This document shows, in pieces, positions 28,707-38,991 of a DNA stretch of 64,000 nt. The translations under genes and the position numbers were made by a program. Numbering within the stretch: position 1 is the stretch's first letter; each line of letters begins with the position of its first letter. Source of the DNA: Burkholderiaceae bacterium (GTDB lineage: Bacteria; Pseudomonadota; Gammaproteobacteria; Burkholderiales; Burkholderiaceae_E); assembly GCA_044235405.1 (NCBI GenBank), contig JBIIHU010000001.1:375-64374 (forward strand), read 5' to 3'. The notes below the pieces were generated by a model that saw only the letters and a list, made by a program, of their open reading frames with translations, did no database searches and was not told where the DNA came from.

Positions 28707-29699
28707 TCACTCCGGCGCGTAGCCCGCGGTGCGCATCATCTCGGTGAAGGACCTGACCAGCGCGCCCTGCCGCGTGGCGAACTCGGCGGGGCCCGAGGTC
28801 AGCACGTCGAGCCCGGTGTCGTAGAGCTTGCGCTTGAGGTCGGGCGACTCGGTCGCCGCCTTGAGCTCCTGGCTCCAGGCCTCGACCAGCGCCGGCGGCA
28901 TCCCCGGCGGGCCGTAGAAGCCGTAGAAACCTTCGTAGACCACCTGCGGATGGCCGAGATCGACCACCGTGGGCAGGTCGGGCGCGAAGGGCAGGCGGCG
29001 CGACGCGCTGACCGCGAGGATGCGCACCTTGCCGGCCTGGTGATGCGTGAGAAAGTCGGTGAGGCCGCCACAGCCTGCGCTCACATGACCTGCCATCAGG
29101 TCCGAAAGCAGCGGCGCCGCCCCCTTGTAGCCGACCGCCTCGAGCGGCGCGCCGATCGCCTTGCCGAGCAGCACGCCGAAGAAGTGGGTGTTGCTGCCGA
29201 GCGCGGTGGTGCCGAAGGTGGGCTTGTCGGGATTGCGCTTGAGCCAGGCCGCGTACTCGGCCAGCGTCGAGACGCCGATCTTCGGCGAGACCACGAAGAC
29301 CGTCGAGGTCAGGCCGGTGAGGCCGATCGGCGTGAGGTCCTTCTCCAGCGAGAAGCCCGGGTTCTTCTTGGTCACGGTCAGCGCCACCGTGGTGGCGGCG
29401 GTGCCGTACATGATGACGCTGCCGTCGGGCGGCGACTTCTTCAGCGCGTCGATCGCGATCACGCCGCTGGCGCCCGCACGGTTCTCGACGATCACGTTGG
29501 CGCCGGTGCGCTCGCGCAGCTTGTCGGCGATGTAGCGGGCCATCACGTCGGTGCCGCCACCGGCCGGAAAGCCGGCGAGGATCCGGATGGTGCCGCCGGG
29601 CAGCTTCGCCTGCGCACGGCCGGTGATCGGCGCGAGGCCGGCGAGCGCCGCGGCCCCGGCGGACTGCACGAGCTGGCGACGGGATGACGAGACGGACAT
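28707..29699 (-). CDS. Bug-family TTT substrate-binding protein (Tat signal)
   Basis: SRRQLV Tat-like motif, GFPAGGGTD, VENRAGASG and PPDG. Confidence 0.9.
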   Translation of the reverse strand: MSVSSSRRQLVQSAGAAALAGLAPITGRAQAKLPGGTIRILAGFPAGGGTDVMARYIADKLRERTGANVIVENRAGASGVIAIDALKKSPPDGSVIMYGTAATTVALTVTKKNPGFSLEKDLTPIGLTGLTSTVFVVSPKIGVSTLAEYAAWLKRNPDKPTFGTTALGSNTHFFGVLLGKAIGAPLEAVGYKGAAPLLSDLMAGHVSAGCGGLTDFLTHHQAGKVRILAVSASRRLPFAPDLPTVVDLGHPQVVYEGFYGFYGPPGMPPALVEAWSQELKAATESPDLKRKLYDTGLDVLTSGPAEFATRQGALVRSFTEMMRTAGYAPE

Positions 29700-29842
29700 G
29701 AGCGGCTCCTCGTGGTGAAATCGATGCATCGGGTCGGCCGCGACCATAGGGCACGCCGACCGGGCGTGCAAGCGCGCAACCCGCAAAACGGCTGCTCGCC
29801 GGACGCTGCCCCGGGCGCGGGCCCGGCACCGACGGGAAACCC

Positions 29843-30409
29843 ATGACGGACACCGACACCCCGCCTGCCGGCGCGGCCACCGAAAGGCTCCATGTCACCT
29901 GCGGCAAGATGGCCGCGGGCAAGACGACCCATGCCCGGCGACTGGCCGCCGATCTCGGCGCGGTGCTCGTTTCCTGGGATCTCTGGCTGCAGCGCCTCTA
30001 CCCGGAGGAAATCGCGGGTTTCGACGATTTCCTGAAGTACTCGGGACGCCTGCGCGCGGTGATGGCGCCCCACCTTGCCGAGCTGCTCGCCGCCGGGCTG
30101 ACCGTCGTGCTCGATTTCCCTGCCAACACCCCCGCGAGTCGCGCCTGGGTGCGCGCGATCGCGCAGTCCGCCGGCACCGGGGTCGTGCTGCACTTCGTCG
30201 ACACCCCCGACGAGCGCTGCCTCGAGCAGCTCGCCCGACGCAACCGCGAACGCCCCGAAGGCTCGATGCCGATGAGCGCCGCGGACTTCGCCGCGATCAC
30301 CGCGCTGTTCGTTCCGCCGGACCCTTCGGAAGGCCTCGCGATCCGGTTCGTGGCGCCGGGCGAAGCTGATCGCGGAGTCTGCACGACCGAGGACAGCGCC
30401 CGCGGGTGA
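29843..30409 (+). CDS. Small P-loop ATPase/kinase (AAA_33-like)
   Basis: GKMAAGKTT Walker A, VVLDFPANT and RLARRN-like lid. Confidence 0.8.
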   Translation: MTDTDTPPAGAATERLHVTCGKMAAGKTTHARRLAADLGAVLVSWDLWLQRLYPEEIAGFDDFLKYSGRLRAVMAPHLAELLAAGLTVVLDFPANTPASRAWVRAIAQSAGTGVVLHFVDTPDERCLEQLARRNRERPEGSMPMSAADFAAITALFVPPDPSEGLAIRFVAPGEADRGVCTTEDSARG

Positions 30410-30527
30410 CACGGTCAATCGCCGCGCCGCCGGCACGGAAAGGCTTGCCTGTCTCGCACCGACCAACGCACCATCGCATCACCGGTGCCGCGAGCGCCGG
30501 CCCACACAAAAGAAGGCAGGAGACACG

Positions 30528-31547
30528 ATGACCATGACACCACCCAGGACCGCCCGTCGCGCAGCCGCGACCCTGATCGCCACCGCCCTTGGAGCAGCCG
30601 CGTTGCTCGCGAGCTCCGGCGCTCGCGCCCAGGCCTCCGACTACCCGAACAAGCCGCTGCGCTTCGTCGTCGCCTCGCAGGCCGGCGGCGTGGTCGACAT
30701 CCGCGCCCGTCGCTTCGGGCCGCGCCTGTCGGAACTGCTCAAGCAGCCCATCCTGGTCGAGAACAAGCCCGGCGCATCGACCACGCTGGGTGCCGATTTC
30801 GTCGCCAAGTCGGCCCCCGACGGCTACACGGCGCTGTTCGGCGGCAACACCGAGGTGGTCACGGCGCCCGCGCTCGGCTTTCCGATCCGCTACGACCCGC
30901 TGAAGGACTTCATTCCGGTGGCCCAGTTCACCCTTGGCTACCCGGTCATGGTGGTGCACGCCGGCATGGGCATCAAGACGCTCCCGCAGCTCATCGAGTG
31001 GGCGCGCGCCCGGCCCGGGCAGCTGCTCTGCGGCACGGCCGGCCACGGCAGCGGCGCGCACTTCATCTGCGAGCTGCTCGCGCGCAGCGCCAAGATCCAG
31101 GTTCGCACCGTGCCCTACAAGGGCTCGGGCCCGATGCTGCTCGACACCGCGGGGGGCCAGGTGCATGTCTCGATCGGCTTCCTCGCCGAGGTCGATCGCC
31201 AGTACATCCAGACCGGCAAGGTGATTCCGGTCGGGGTGCTCGCGCCCAGGCGCATCGCGCGCTTCCCCGAGCTGCCGACGATGGCCGAGCAGGGCCATCA
31301 GGGCTTCGAGATGATGTCCTGGACCGGCCTGTTCCTGCCGGCGGGCAGCCCGCGCGAAGCGGTCAACCGCCTGAACGCCGAGATCACGAAGGTGGTGCGC
31401 GAACCGGCGTTCGCGTCATGGCTGGCCGAGACCGGCAGCGAGGTGGTCACGCCCACGCCGGAGCAGTTCGCCGAGTTCACGCGCAACGAGTACCTGCGCT
31501 GGAAGAAGATGTCCGAAGACTTCGGCATCAAGGCCGAGCAGCAGTAA
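30528..31547 (+). CDS. Bug-family TTT substrate-binding protein
   Basis: YPNKPLRF, VENKPGA, PDGYT and VPYKG. Confidence 0.92.
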   Translation: MTMTPPRTARRAAATLIATALGAAALLASSGARAQASDYPNKPLRFVVASQAGGVVDIRARRFGPRLSELLKQPILVENKPGASTTLGADFVAKSAPDGYTALFGGNTEVVTAPALGFPIRYDPLKDFIPVAQFTLGYPVMVVHAGMGIKTLPQLIEWARARPGQLLCGTAGHGSGAHFICELLARSAKIQVRTVPYKGSGPMLLDTAGGQVHVSIGFLAEVDRQYIQTGKVIPVGVLAPRRIARFPELPTMAEQGHQGFEMMSWTGLFLPAGSPREAVNRLNAEITKVVREPAFASWLAETGSEVVTPTPEQFAEFTRNEYLRWKKMSEDFGIKAEQQ

Positions 31548-31625
31548 CGAAGGGGCGCGGCGCGGTCGCCGCCGCGCCGCGGCACCGCCCTGTCCACCCC
31601 GGCGCCATCCCCGGACCGGCGCGCG

Positions 31626-31662
31626 TTGACACCCTCGCGGGGCCCATGCGAACGTTCGTTCA
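31626..31662 (+). promoter_or_regulatory. TTGACA -35 element with an adjacent palindrome (possible TetR operator)
   Basis: TTGACA at 31626-31631 and perfect palindrome CGAACGTTCG at 31649-31658, over the expected -10 position and upstream of the deacylase. Confidence 0.4.
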
Positions 31663-31690
31663 AAGCCTCGAACGCCCCCCGGAGCCCCGC

Positions 31691-33469
31691 GTGAAACTCT
31701 ATGACCGCATCATCCGCAACGGCATGGTCGTCGATGGCAGCCGCCAGCCGCGCTATCGGGCCGACATCGGCATCCGTGGCGGGCGCGTCGCCGCCATCGG
31801 GCGCCTCGACCCGGCCGACGCCGCCGAGGTGCTCGACGCGACCGGCCTGATCGTCGCGCCGGGTTTCGTCGACCTGCACACCCACTACGACGCGCAGCTC
31901 TTCTGGGACCCGTACTGCACGCTGTCGAGTTGGCACGGCATCACCTCGGTGGTGATCGGCAACTGCGGCTTCGGCTTCGCGCCGGTGCGCCCCGAGATGC
32001 GCGAGCGCGCGATGCTGTCGATGACCCGCGTCGAGGCGATCCCGCTGGCGTCGATGGCTGCCGGCATGCCCTGGGACTGGGTGAGCTTCCCGGAGTTCCT
32101 CGACAGCGTCGATCGTGCCCCCAAGGCGGTCAACATCCTGCCCTATGTGCCGGTGGGGCCGATGCTCACCTGGGTGCTCGGCTTCGACGACGCCAAGGCC
32201 GGCCGCCGGCCGACCGACGCCGAGCACGCCGAGCTGCGGCGGCTGCTGCACGAGGCCATGGACGCGGGCGGCTGCGGCTGGTCGGCGCAGCGCATGCTGC
32301 CCGACGGACCGGCCGCCGTGCAGCGCGACTTCGACGGCTCGCCGATGCCCACCGACGTGATGCACGACGACACCTGCCGCGAGCTCGCGCGGGTGCTGCG
32401 CGAGCGCAATGCCGGGTTCATGCAGATGCTGATGGTCTCGGGCGACAACCGCCGCGACCAGCTCTTCTACGAGGAGATGGCCGAGATCAGCGGCCGGCCG
32501 ATGATCATGAACGTGGTCCAGGCCTTCGACCACCGGCCCGACATCCACCGCCGCGTGCTGCGCTGGCTTGCGAGCTGCCGCGAGCGCGGGGTTCGCGTGG
32601 TCGGTCAGGGCCTGACCACCGACGCGGGCTTCACCTTCAGCTTCGAGGAGTGGAACCTCTTCGACGACGCCGCGCCCTGGCGCGAGGCGACCACCGGCAC
32701 GCTGGAGGAGCGCAAGGCCAGGCTCGCCGACCCCGCGCGCCGCCAGGCGCTCAAGGACCACATGCCCAAGACCGCGACCGGGCCGCTGCCCGAGATCGTG
32801 ATCTGCGGCCCGAAGCTCGAGAAGAACCAGCGCTGGCTCGACCACACGCTGGCGCTGGTGGCCGAGAAGACCGGCAGGCACCCGGTCGACGTGATGCTCG
32901 ACATGGCGGTCGAGGAGGACCTGCGCACCGAGTTCTTCGCCGCGCCGCCCAACGGCCGCATCGACTACCTGAGGGAGATCGTCGACGACCCTTATGTGCT
33001 CTTCGGGGTGTCGGACGGCGGCGCCCACACCCGATTCCTGACGGCCGGCCGCTACCCGACCGAGACCCTGTGCAAGATCGTGCGCGAGCACGGCATGATC
33101 TCGCTCGAGGAAGCGCACTGGCGGCTGTCGGCGCTGCCCGCCCAGGTGGCGGGTTTCGAAGGCCGCGGGGTGCTGCGCGTGGGCGCACCCGCCGACATCG
33201 TGGTCTACGACTACGAGCGCCTGCGGGTGCTGCCCCAGGAGATCGTCCACGACCTGCCCGGCGGCGAATGGCGCCGGATCCAGCGCGCAAGCGGCTACCG
33301 CTGGGTGCTGGTCAACGGCGAGGTCACGATCGAGAACGACGCGCAGACCGGCCGGCACAGCGGGATGCTGCTGCGCCACGGCACCGGCGCGGCCACGCGG
33401 GGCGCTCAGCCCGCGGGCGAGGCTGAAGGGTCGCGATCGCCGAGCATGGCGAGCGCCAGCGCCGCGTAG
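31691..33469 (+). CDS. N-acyl-D-amino-acid deacylase family amidohydrolase
   Basis: IIRNGMVVDG, APGFVDLHTHYD, VVIGNCG, SDGGAH and PADIVVYD. GTG start chosen at 31691. Confidence 0.92.
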   Translation: MKLYDRIIRNGMVVDGSRQPRYRADIGIRGGRVAAIGRLDPADAAEVLDATGLIVAPGFVDLHTHYDAQLFWDPYCTLSSWHGITSVVIGNCGFGFAPVRPEMRERAMLSMTRVEAIPLASMAAGMPWDWVSFPEFLDSVDRAPKAVNILPYVPVGPMLTWVLGFDDAKAGRRPTDAEHAELRRLLHEAMDAGGCGWSAQRMLPDGPAAVQRDFDGSPMPTDVMHDDTCRELARVLRERNAGFMQMLMVSGDNRRDQLFYEEMAEISGRPMIMNVVQAFDHRPDIHRRVLRWLASCRERGVRVVGQGLTTDAGFTFSFEEWNLFDDAAPWREATTGTLEERKARLADPARRQALKDHMPKTATGPLPEIVICGPKLEKNQRWLDHTLALVAEKTGRHPVDVMLDMAVEEDLRTEFFAAPPNGRIDYLREIVDDPYVLFGVSDGGAHTRFLTAGRYPTETLCKIVREHGMISLEEAHWRLSALPAQVAGFEGRGVLRVGAPADIVVYDYERLRVLPQEIVHDLPGGEWRRIQRASGYRWVLVNGEVTIENDAQTGRHSGMLLRHGTGAATRGAQPAGEAEGSRSPSMASASAA

Positions 33470-34089
33470 CGGTCGGCCAGTCGCTCGGGCGACAGTTCGC
33501 CATCGGGGCGCCACCAGGCCGACACCGCATTGCACATCGTGACCAGCGCGTTGGTGGCCTGCGCGCGGAAGGGGCAGCTGAACACGCCCGCGCGCGCACC
33601 CTCGGCGATCGCGTCGCGGAAGATCGCGGTCACGGCGTCGTAGCGCCCGATGACCGAGGGCCGATCGGAGGGGGCGAGGCTTCGCAGCTCCGAGCGTCCG
33701 ACCAGCGCCTCGGCCTGGCGCCGGCAATGGAACAGCACCTGCGCGCGCACGATCGCGACCAGGCGGGCGCGCGGCTCGTCGCCCGCGCCGGCGAGGGCCG
33801 CCCGCAGCTCGGCCAGCAGATCGTCGACGATGTCGATCATCATCGAACGCAGCACGTCGCCCTTGGATGGGAAATAGTAGTAGACATGCGACACGCTGCA
33901 GCCGGCGCGGGCCGCGATATCGCGCATCGACGTGCCGTGGAAGCCACGCTCGGCGAAGAGTTCGAGCGCTGCCCGGCGCAGTGCCGCACGGGCACTCTCG
34001 GGCGCGACCGCCGGCGACGGCTCGGCAGCCGTCTCGGCGACGGATGGTGGCGCGCCGGCAACGCGGAGGCTGCGCTGGGAAGTGGGCAT
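33406..34089 (-). CDS. TetR/AcrR-family regulator
   Basis: AALELFAERGFHGTSMRDIAARAGCSVSHVYYYFPSK HTH. Confidence 0.93.
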   Translation of the reverse strand: MPTSQRSLRVAGAPPSVAETAAEPSPAVAPESARAALRRAALELFAERGFHGTSMRDIAARAGCSVSHVYYYFPSKGDVLRSMMIDIVDDLLAELRAALAGAGDEPRARLVAIVRAQVLFHCRRQAEALVGRSELRSLAPSDRPSVIGRYDAVTAIFRDAIAEGARAGVFSCPFRAQATNALVTMCNAVSAWWRPDGELSPERLADRYAALALAMLGDRDPSASPAG

Positions 34090-34234
34090 CGATCAGGATC
34101 CTGTTGCGTCGAGCATAGCAAAGCCCCCCGTCACGACCGCCCCGGCACGGCCCGCAGCGTCGCGTGACGAAGGCCCGCACCGGGCCTGCGGAAAATCGAC
34201 TAGAGTCGGAGGCTTCGCCTGGAGGAGCACTTCG

Positions 34235-35224
34235 ATGAGACTGCTCGCGCTGTTCGCAACCGCCCTCGCCGCCCTTCTCGCACTGGCTGGCGGCGCCGCG
34301 GCCACGCCGTTCAAGGTCCTGGTCGTCATGAGCTACGAGGAGAACAATCCCTGGGTGCGCGAGATCCGCGAAGGGATCGACGGCGTGCTCGCCAGCCACG
34401 CCCAGATCAGCTATTTCCACATGAACACCAAGGTCGACCCGAAGGGCGGACCGCGACGCGCCGAGGAGGCCGCAGCGATGTTCGCGAGCCTCAGGCCCGA
34501 CGGCGTGATCACCGTCGACGACGATGCGCAATCGATGTTCGTCGTGCCCTTCCTGAAGGACCGCACGAGCGTGCCGGTGATGTTCAACGGGGTCAACGCA
34601 CAGCCCGCGCGTTACGGCTTTCCGAACGCGCATGTCTCGGGCGTGCTCGAGCGCGCCCATGTCCGCGAGTCGCTGGCCTTCGTGAAGCTGCTGGTGCCCA
34701 GCGTGCAGTCGGCCTGCTTCATGACCAACGACGTGCCGCCCGGCCATTCGCTGCGGGCGCAGGTGGAGAGCGAACGCAACGACTACCCGCTGCGGGCCGG
34801 TGCCTTCCACCATGTGGCCACCACCGCTGAGCTCGTCAGGGTCGCACGCGAGTTGCCGCGTGGCTGCGACGTTCTCTTCGTCGACAGCCTCGAGGGCATC
34901 ACCGACGACAGCAAGGCCCCGCTCAATCACGCCCAGGTGATGAAGCTGCTGCGCACCCACTTCAAGGGGCCGATCCTTGCGGGCAACCGCTACCAGGTCG
35001 AACAGGGCGCCTGGGCTGCGGTGGTCAAGACCGGCCAGGAACAGGGCGACACCTCGGCCCGCATGCTGCTGGAGGCGATGCAGGGCAAGCCGGTCAGCGC
35101 GATCCCGGTGACCCGCAACGTGCGCGGCCAGCGCATCATCAACGTCTCGGCGATGGAGGCCAACGGCATCGCGCTGCGACCGCTCGACATCCGAGGCGCG
35201 ACCCTGGTGCGCGAGCAGCCCTGA
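34235..35224 (+). CDS. ABC-type substrate-binding protein associated with a sensor kinase
   Basis: Signal peptide; KVLVVMSY, VITVDDDA, PVMFNGVN, NVSGVLE-like and EQG motifs; GGAGGAG RBS; no permease nearby. Confidence 0.75.
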   Translation: MRLLALFATALAALLALAGGAAATPFKVLVVMSYEENNPWVREIREGIDGVLASHAQISYFHMNTKVDPKGGPRRAEEAAAMFASLRPDGVITVDDDAQSMFVVPFLKDRTSVPVMFNGVNAQPARYGFPNAHVSGVLERAHVRESLAFVKLLVPSVQSACFMTNDVPPGHSLRAQVESERNDYPLRAGAFHHVATTAELVRVARELPRGCDVLFVDSLEGITDDSKAPLNHAQVMKLLRTHFKGPILAGNRYQVEQGAWAAVVKTGQEQGDTSARMLLEAMQGKPVSAIPVTRNVRGQRIINVSAMEANGIALRPLDIRGATLVREQP

Positions 35225-35294
35225 CGCAAGCCGCCAGGCGCGCGCCGACCGCCCATCCACCCATCGCCTCGCGCGAACGATCCCGGCGCCTGCC

Positions 35295-38200
35295 GTGAAG
35301 GCCTTCCGGCTCTCGGGGATCGGCACCCGGCTACTCGGACTGGTCGGCCTGGTCGTCGCCGCGCTGCTCGCGGTCGCGGCGCTGGTCTTCTTCAGCTTCG
35401 GCCGCATCGAGCGGCTGGTCGCGCAGCAGGCGAGTGCCGAGGTGTCGTCGGTGCTCGCCAACGCGGCGCTGGGGCGCGAGCTGTCGCTGGTGCTCGCGCG
35501 TCTGAACCAGCTGGCGCTCGCCTGCCGCAGCGAACGCACGCCGGCCGAGCTGCTGCGGTCGCTGCGCGCCTCGCTCGGCCAGCTACGCCCCGATGGCCCG
35601 AATCCGCTGCTCGCGAGCGCGATCGGCGAATTCGCGGCCTCGGGCGGCGCGCTGCTCGACGCCTGCGAGCGGGTCGGCGCCACGCTCGCCGAAGCCGCCG
35701 CCAACGACCGCCAGCTGCTCGAGGTGCTCGCGGCACTCGAGAACACGGTTGCCCGCGCGCTGATCGAACAGACAATGGCCGCGCGCTCGGTCGACCACCT
35801 CGACCAGGCGATGGCACAGCTCACCGGCTTTCGCGAGACGGTGCTCCTTGCCGGCAGGCAGCTCGGCCGGCCTCAGTCGCCCGCGAACCCGGGCAAGCCG
35901 GCATCGCCGCCGCGCACCCAGCTGCAGGAGCTCGCGGTCCGGCTGCAGGGTTTCGTCAGCGCCACCCCCGAGATGAGCCGCCAGGCCACCGAGCTGCGCG
36001 CGCTGGTGCTGCGCCAGGTCGACACGCTGGGCCGGCTCGACGCCACGCTGCAGAGCTTCGACGACCGGATCGCCGGTACGCAGAAAGTGCGCGACGCGCT
36101 GCTGCGGCAAGTGGCCAGCCTCGACGGCGACGCCGCCGAACGCACCGCATCGCTCGATTCGACGCTGCAGCGGGTGATCCAGCAGAGCCGTCTGAACGTG
36201 ACCGCCGCCGTGGCGCTGGTGGCCGCGGCTGCGCTGCTGCTGGCGCTGCTGCTGATCAGGTCCGGCATCCGGCGACCGCTCGACGAGGTGCTCGCCCAGG
36301 TCAACCGGATTCGCAGCGGCGCGCAGCCTCAGCCGGCGCCGGCGCGTGCCGACGAATGGGGACAGATCCAGACCGCCCTCGCGACGATGTCGAGCGAACT
36401 GACCCAGGCCTCCGCCGAGCTCGAGCAGGCGCTCGCCGCGGCGCGCAGCGCCGCCGAAGCCAAGGGCCAGTTCATCGCCAACGTGAGCCACGAGATCCGC
36501 ACGCCACTGAACGCCGCGCTCGGGATGCTGAAGCTGCTGCAATCGACCGGCCTGAGCGCACGGCAGGCCGATTACGTCGCCAAGACCGAGGCGGCAACGC
36601 GCTCGCTGCTCGCGCTGATCAACGACATCCTCGATTTCTCGAAGATCGAGGCGCGGCAGATGAAGCTCGACATCGGACCGCTGCAGCTCGACGAACTCGT
36701 ACGCAACATCGGCGTGCTGCTCGGCGTCGTGCTCGAGCGCAAGCCCGTCGAGCTGCTCATCGACATCGACCCCCGGATTCCGCGCCGGCTGCGTGGCGAC
36801 GCGCTGCGCCTGCAGCAGGTGCTGCTGAATCTCGGCAGCAACGCGATCAAGTTCACCGCGCAGGGGGAGGTCGTGCTGCGGATCGCGCTGCGCGAAAGCG
36901 ACGAGCGCACGGTGCTGCTCGAGTTCTCGGTGCGCGACACCGGGATCGGCATCGCCCCCGACCAGCAGACCCGCATCTTCGAGGGTTTCTCGCAGGCCGA
37001 AGCCTCGATCACGCGCCGATTCGGCGGCACCGGCCTGGGCCTGGCGATCAGCCGCGACCTGGTGGCGCTGATGGGCGGGTCGCTCGGCGTGATCAGCGAA
37101 CCCGGTCGCGGCAGCACGTTCCACTTCGCGATCGTCCTGCCGGTCGACGACGCACCCGCCACCGCGGACAACGACGCGAGCGGCCTGCGCGACCTCGACG
37201 TGCTGGTGGTCGACGATCACCCGGCTGCTCGCGACGTGCTCGGCGCGATGGCGCGATCGCTGGGCTGGCGGGTCACGCTCGCCGCCAGTGGCGCCGAGGC
37301 GATCGCCATCGCACGCGAGCGCATCGCGCGGGGCGTCGCCTTCGATGTTGCCTTCGTCGACTGGGAGATGCCGGGCATGGACGGCTGGGAGAGCGCGCGG
37401 GCGCTGCGTACCCTCGCGGGAGCGACCCCGGCGGTGCTGATGGTGACCGCGCACGGCCGCGAAGCCATGGCGCGACGCACCGAGAGCGACATCGACGGGC
37501 TGAACGGCTTCCTGGTCAAGCCGATCACGGCATCGATGCTGCTCGATGCGGTGGTCGACGCACGGCGCGCACCGGGCGGCGTCAGGCGCGAGGCCGCGCC
37601 ACGACCCGCGCCCGTCCGCCAGCGGCCGCTCGCGGGGCTGCGCCTGCTGGTGGTCGAGGACAACGCGGGCAACCGGCAGGTCGCTCAGGAACTCCTCGAG
37701 TCCCGCGGCGCGCAGGTCGCCCTCGCCGAGGACGGTCAGCGTGGCGTCGATGCCGTGATCGCGGCCGATCCGCCCTTCGATGCAGTGCTGATGGACATGC
37801 AGATGCCGGTCATGGACGGGGTGGCTGCGACCGCCCGAATCCGCGAGATCGAGCGGCTGCGCACGCTGCCGATCGTGGCGATGACCGCCAACACCACCGA
37901 GGCCGATCGCCGCGTCTGTCTGCTGGCGGGGATGAGCGAACACGTGGGCAAGCCCTTCGATCTCGATCGCCTGGTCGACACGCTGCGCGCGCTGACCGGT
38001 CGCGGCGCAAAGACCGGCCCTCGCGCAACCGCGCTACCAGCGCTCGCCGGCGCCGCCTGGCGGGAGGCGGCGGCAGCCGGCGTCGATCTCGCCACCGCCC
38101 TCGGGCGCTTCGACGGCGACGTCCCGGTCTACGAACGGCTGCTGCGCAACGCGCTCGACGAGATTCCGTCTCGACTTGTTTCGTTGCGCACGCAACTTTC

Positions 38201-38762
38201 TGCCGCTGACATGCCCGGCGCGAGCGCGACGCTGCACGCGCTGAAGGGACTCGCGGGCGCGCTCGGCGCCGACGCGCTGGCGGCCGAGGCCGGCACCGGC
38301 GAACGCGCCTGCCGCGACGACGATCCGGGCGCCGCGGCTGCAACGCAGCCCTGCCTCGAGGAGGCTGCGCGCGAACTGCTGTTGTACGGCCCGAGGCTCG
38401 CCGCGGCGCTTCGCGAGCCGCCGCAGTCGCAACAGGCCCGGGGCATCGAACCCGGGATGGACGCAAGCGGACTCGAGGTCGCCGATGGGCTGCAGCTCGC
38501 GGACACCTGCGCCGATTCACGCCCTGCGGGCGTCGGTGCGAGCGCACCGGATGCGCGTGACCTGCTGGGCCGCCTCGCGGCGGTGCTTCGCGCGTCCGAC
38601 ATGCGCGCGTTCGAGCTCCTCGACGAAGGCCGCCCGGCACTGCTTCGCGCCGACCCCGCACTGCTCGCGGGACTCGACACGGCGATGGACGCGCTCGATT
38701 TCGAGCATGCCGCGAGGCTCTGCGACGCCGCACTCGCGAGCGTGGCGGCCTCCGGCGCCTGA
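35295..38762 (+). CDS. Hybrid sensor histidine kinase (periplasmic sensor, HAMP, HisKA, HATPase, two REC, Hpt)
   Basis: SHEIRTPLN H-box, NLGSNAIKFT, DTGIGI, GGTGLGLAI; REC Asp in FVDWEMP and LMDMQMP; Hpt LHALKG. Confidence 0.95.
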   Translation: MKAFRLSGIGTRLLGLVGLVVAALLAVAALVFFSFGRIERLVAQQASAEVSSVLANAALGRELSLVLARLNQLALACRSERTPAELLRSLRASLGQLRPDGPNPLLASAIGEFAASGGALLDACERVGATLAEAAANDRQLLEVLAALENTVARALIEQTMAARSVDHLDQAMAQLTGFRETVLLAGRQLGRPQSPANPGKPASPPRTQLQELAVRLQGFVSATPEMSRQATELRALVLRQVDTLGRLDATLQSFDDRIAGTQKVRDALLRQVASLDGDAAERTASLDSTLQRVIQQSRLNVTAAVALVAAAALLLALLLIRSGIRRPLDEVLAQVNRIRSGAQPQPAPARADEWGQIQTALATMSSELTQASAELEQALAAARSAAEAKGQFIANVSHEIRTPLNAALGMLKLLQSTGLSARQADYVAKTEAATRSLLALINDILDFSKIEARQMKLDIGPLQLDELVRNIGVLLGVVLERKPVELLIDIDPRIPRRLRGDALRLQQVLLNLGSNAIKFTAQGEVVLRIALRESDERTVLLEFSVRDTGIGIAPDQQTRIFEGFSQAEASITRRFGGTGLGLAISRDLVALMGGSLGVISEPGRGSTFHFAIVLPVDDAPATADNDASGLRDLDVLVVDDHPAARDVLGAMARSLGWRVTLAASGAEAIAIARERIARGVAFDVAFVDWEMPGMDGWESARALRTLAGATPAVLMVTAHGREAMARRTESDIDGLNGFLVKPITASMLLDAVVDARRAPGGVRREAAPRPAPVRQRPLAGLRLLVVEDNAGNRQVAQELLESRGAQVALAEDGQRGVDAVIAADPPFDAVLMDMQMPVMDGVAATARIREIERLRTLPIVAMTANTTEADRRVCLLAGMSEHVGKPFDLDRLVDTLRALTGRGAKTGPRATALPALAGAAWREAAAAGVDLATALGRFDGDVPVYERLLRNALDEIPSRLVSLRTQLSAADMPGASATLHALKGLAGALGADALAAEAGTGERACRDDDPGAAAATQPCLEEAARELLLYGPRLAAALREPPQSQQARGIEPGMDASGLEVADGLQLADTCADSRPAGVGASAPDARDLLGRLAAVLRASDMRAFELLDEGRPALLRADPALLAGLDTAMDALDFEHAARLCDAALASVAASGA

Positions 38763-38991
38763 GCACCCGCACGCAGCCACCGAGCCTGCTCCAGGGTAGC
38801 CCGGGCGCACACCCCCGCCGCGAGGCCGGCAGGCGCGCTTTCGGACCCGATGGCGCCACCGTGAGCAGGGATACCGCCGATCGGGCTGCGCCACGCGGGT
38901 TACCGTCGCGCCGCGTCTCGCCGTCCGCGTCATGCGGCGGAGGCGGCAGGTCCTGCGGGCAGCCGGCGGCGAGCGAATCCCGGAGCCTTCC

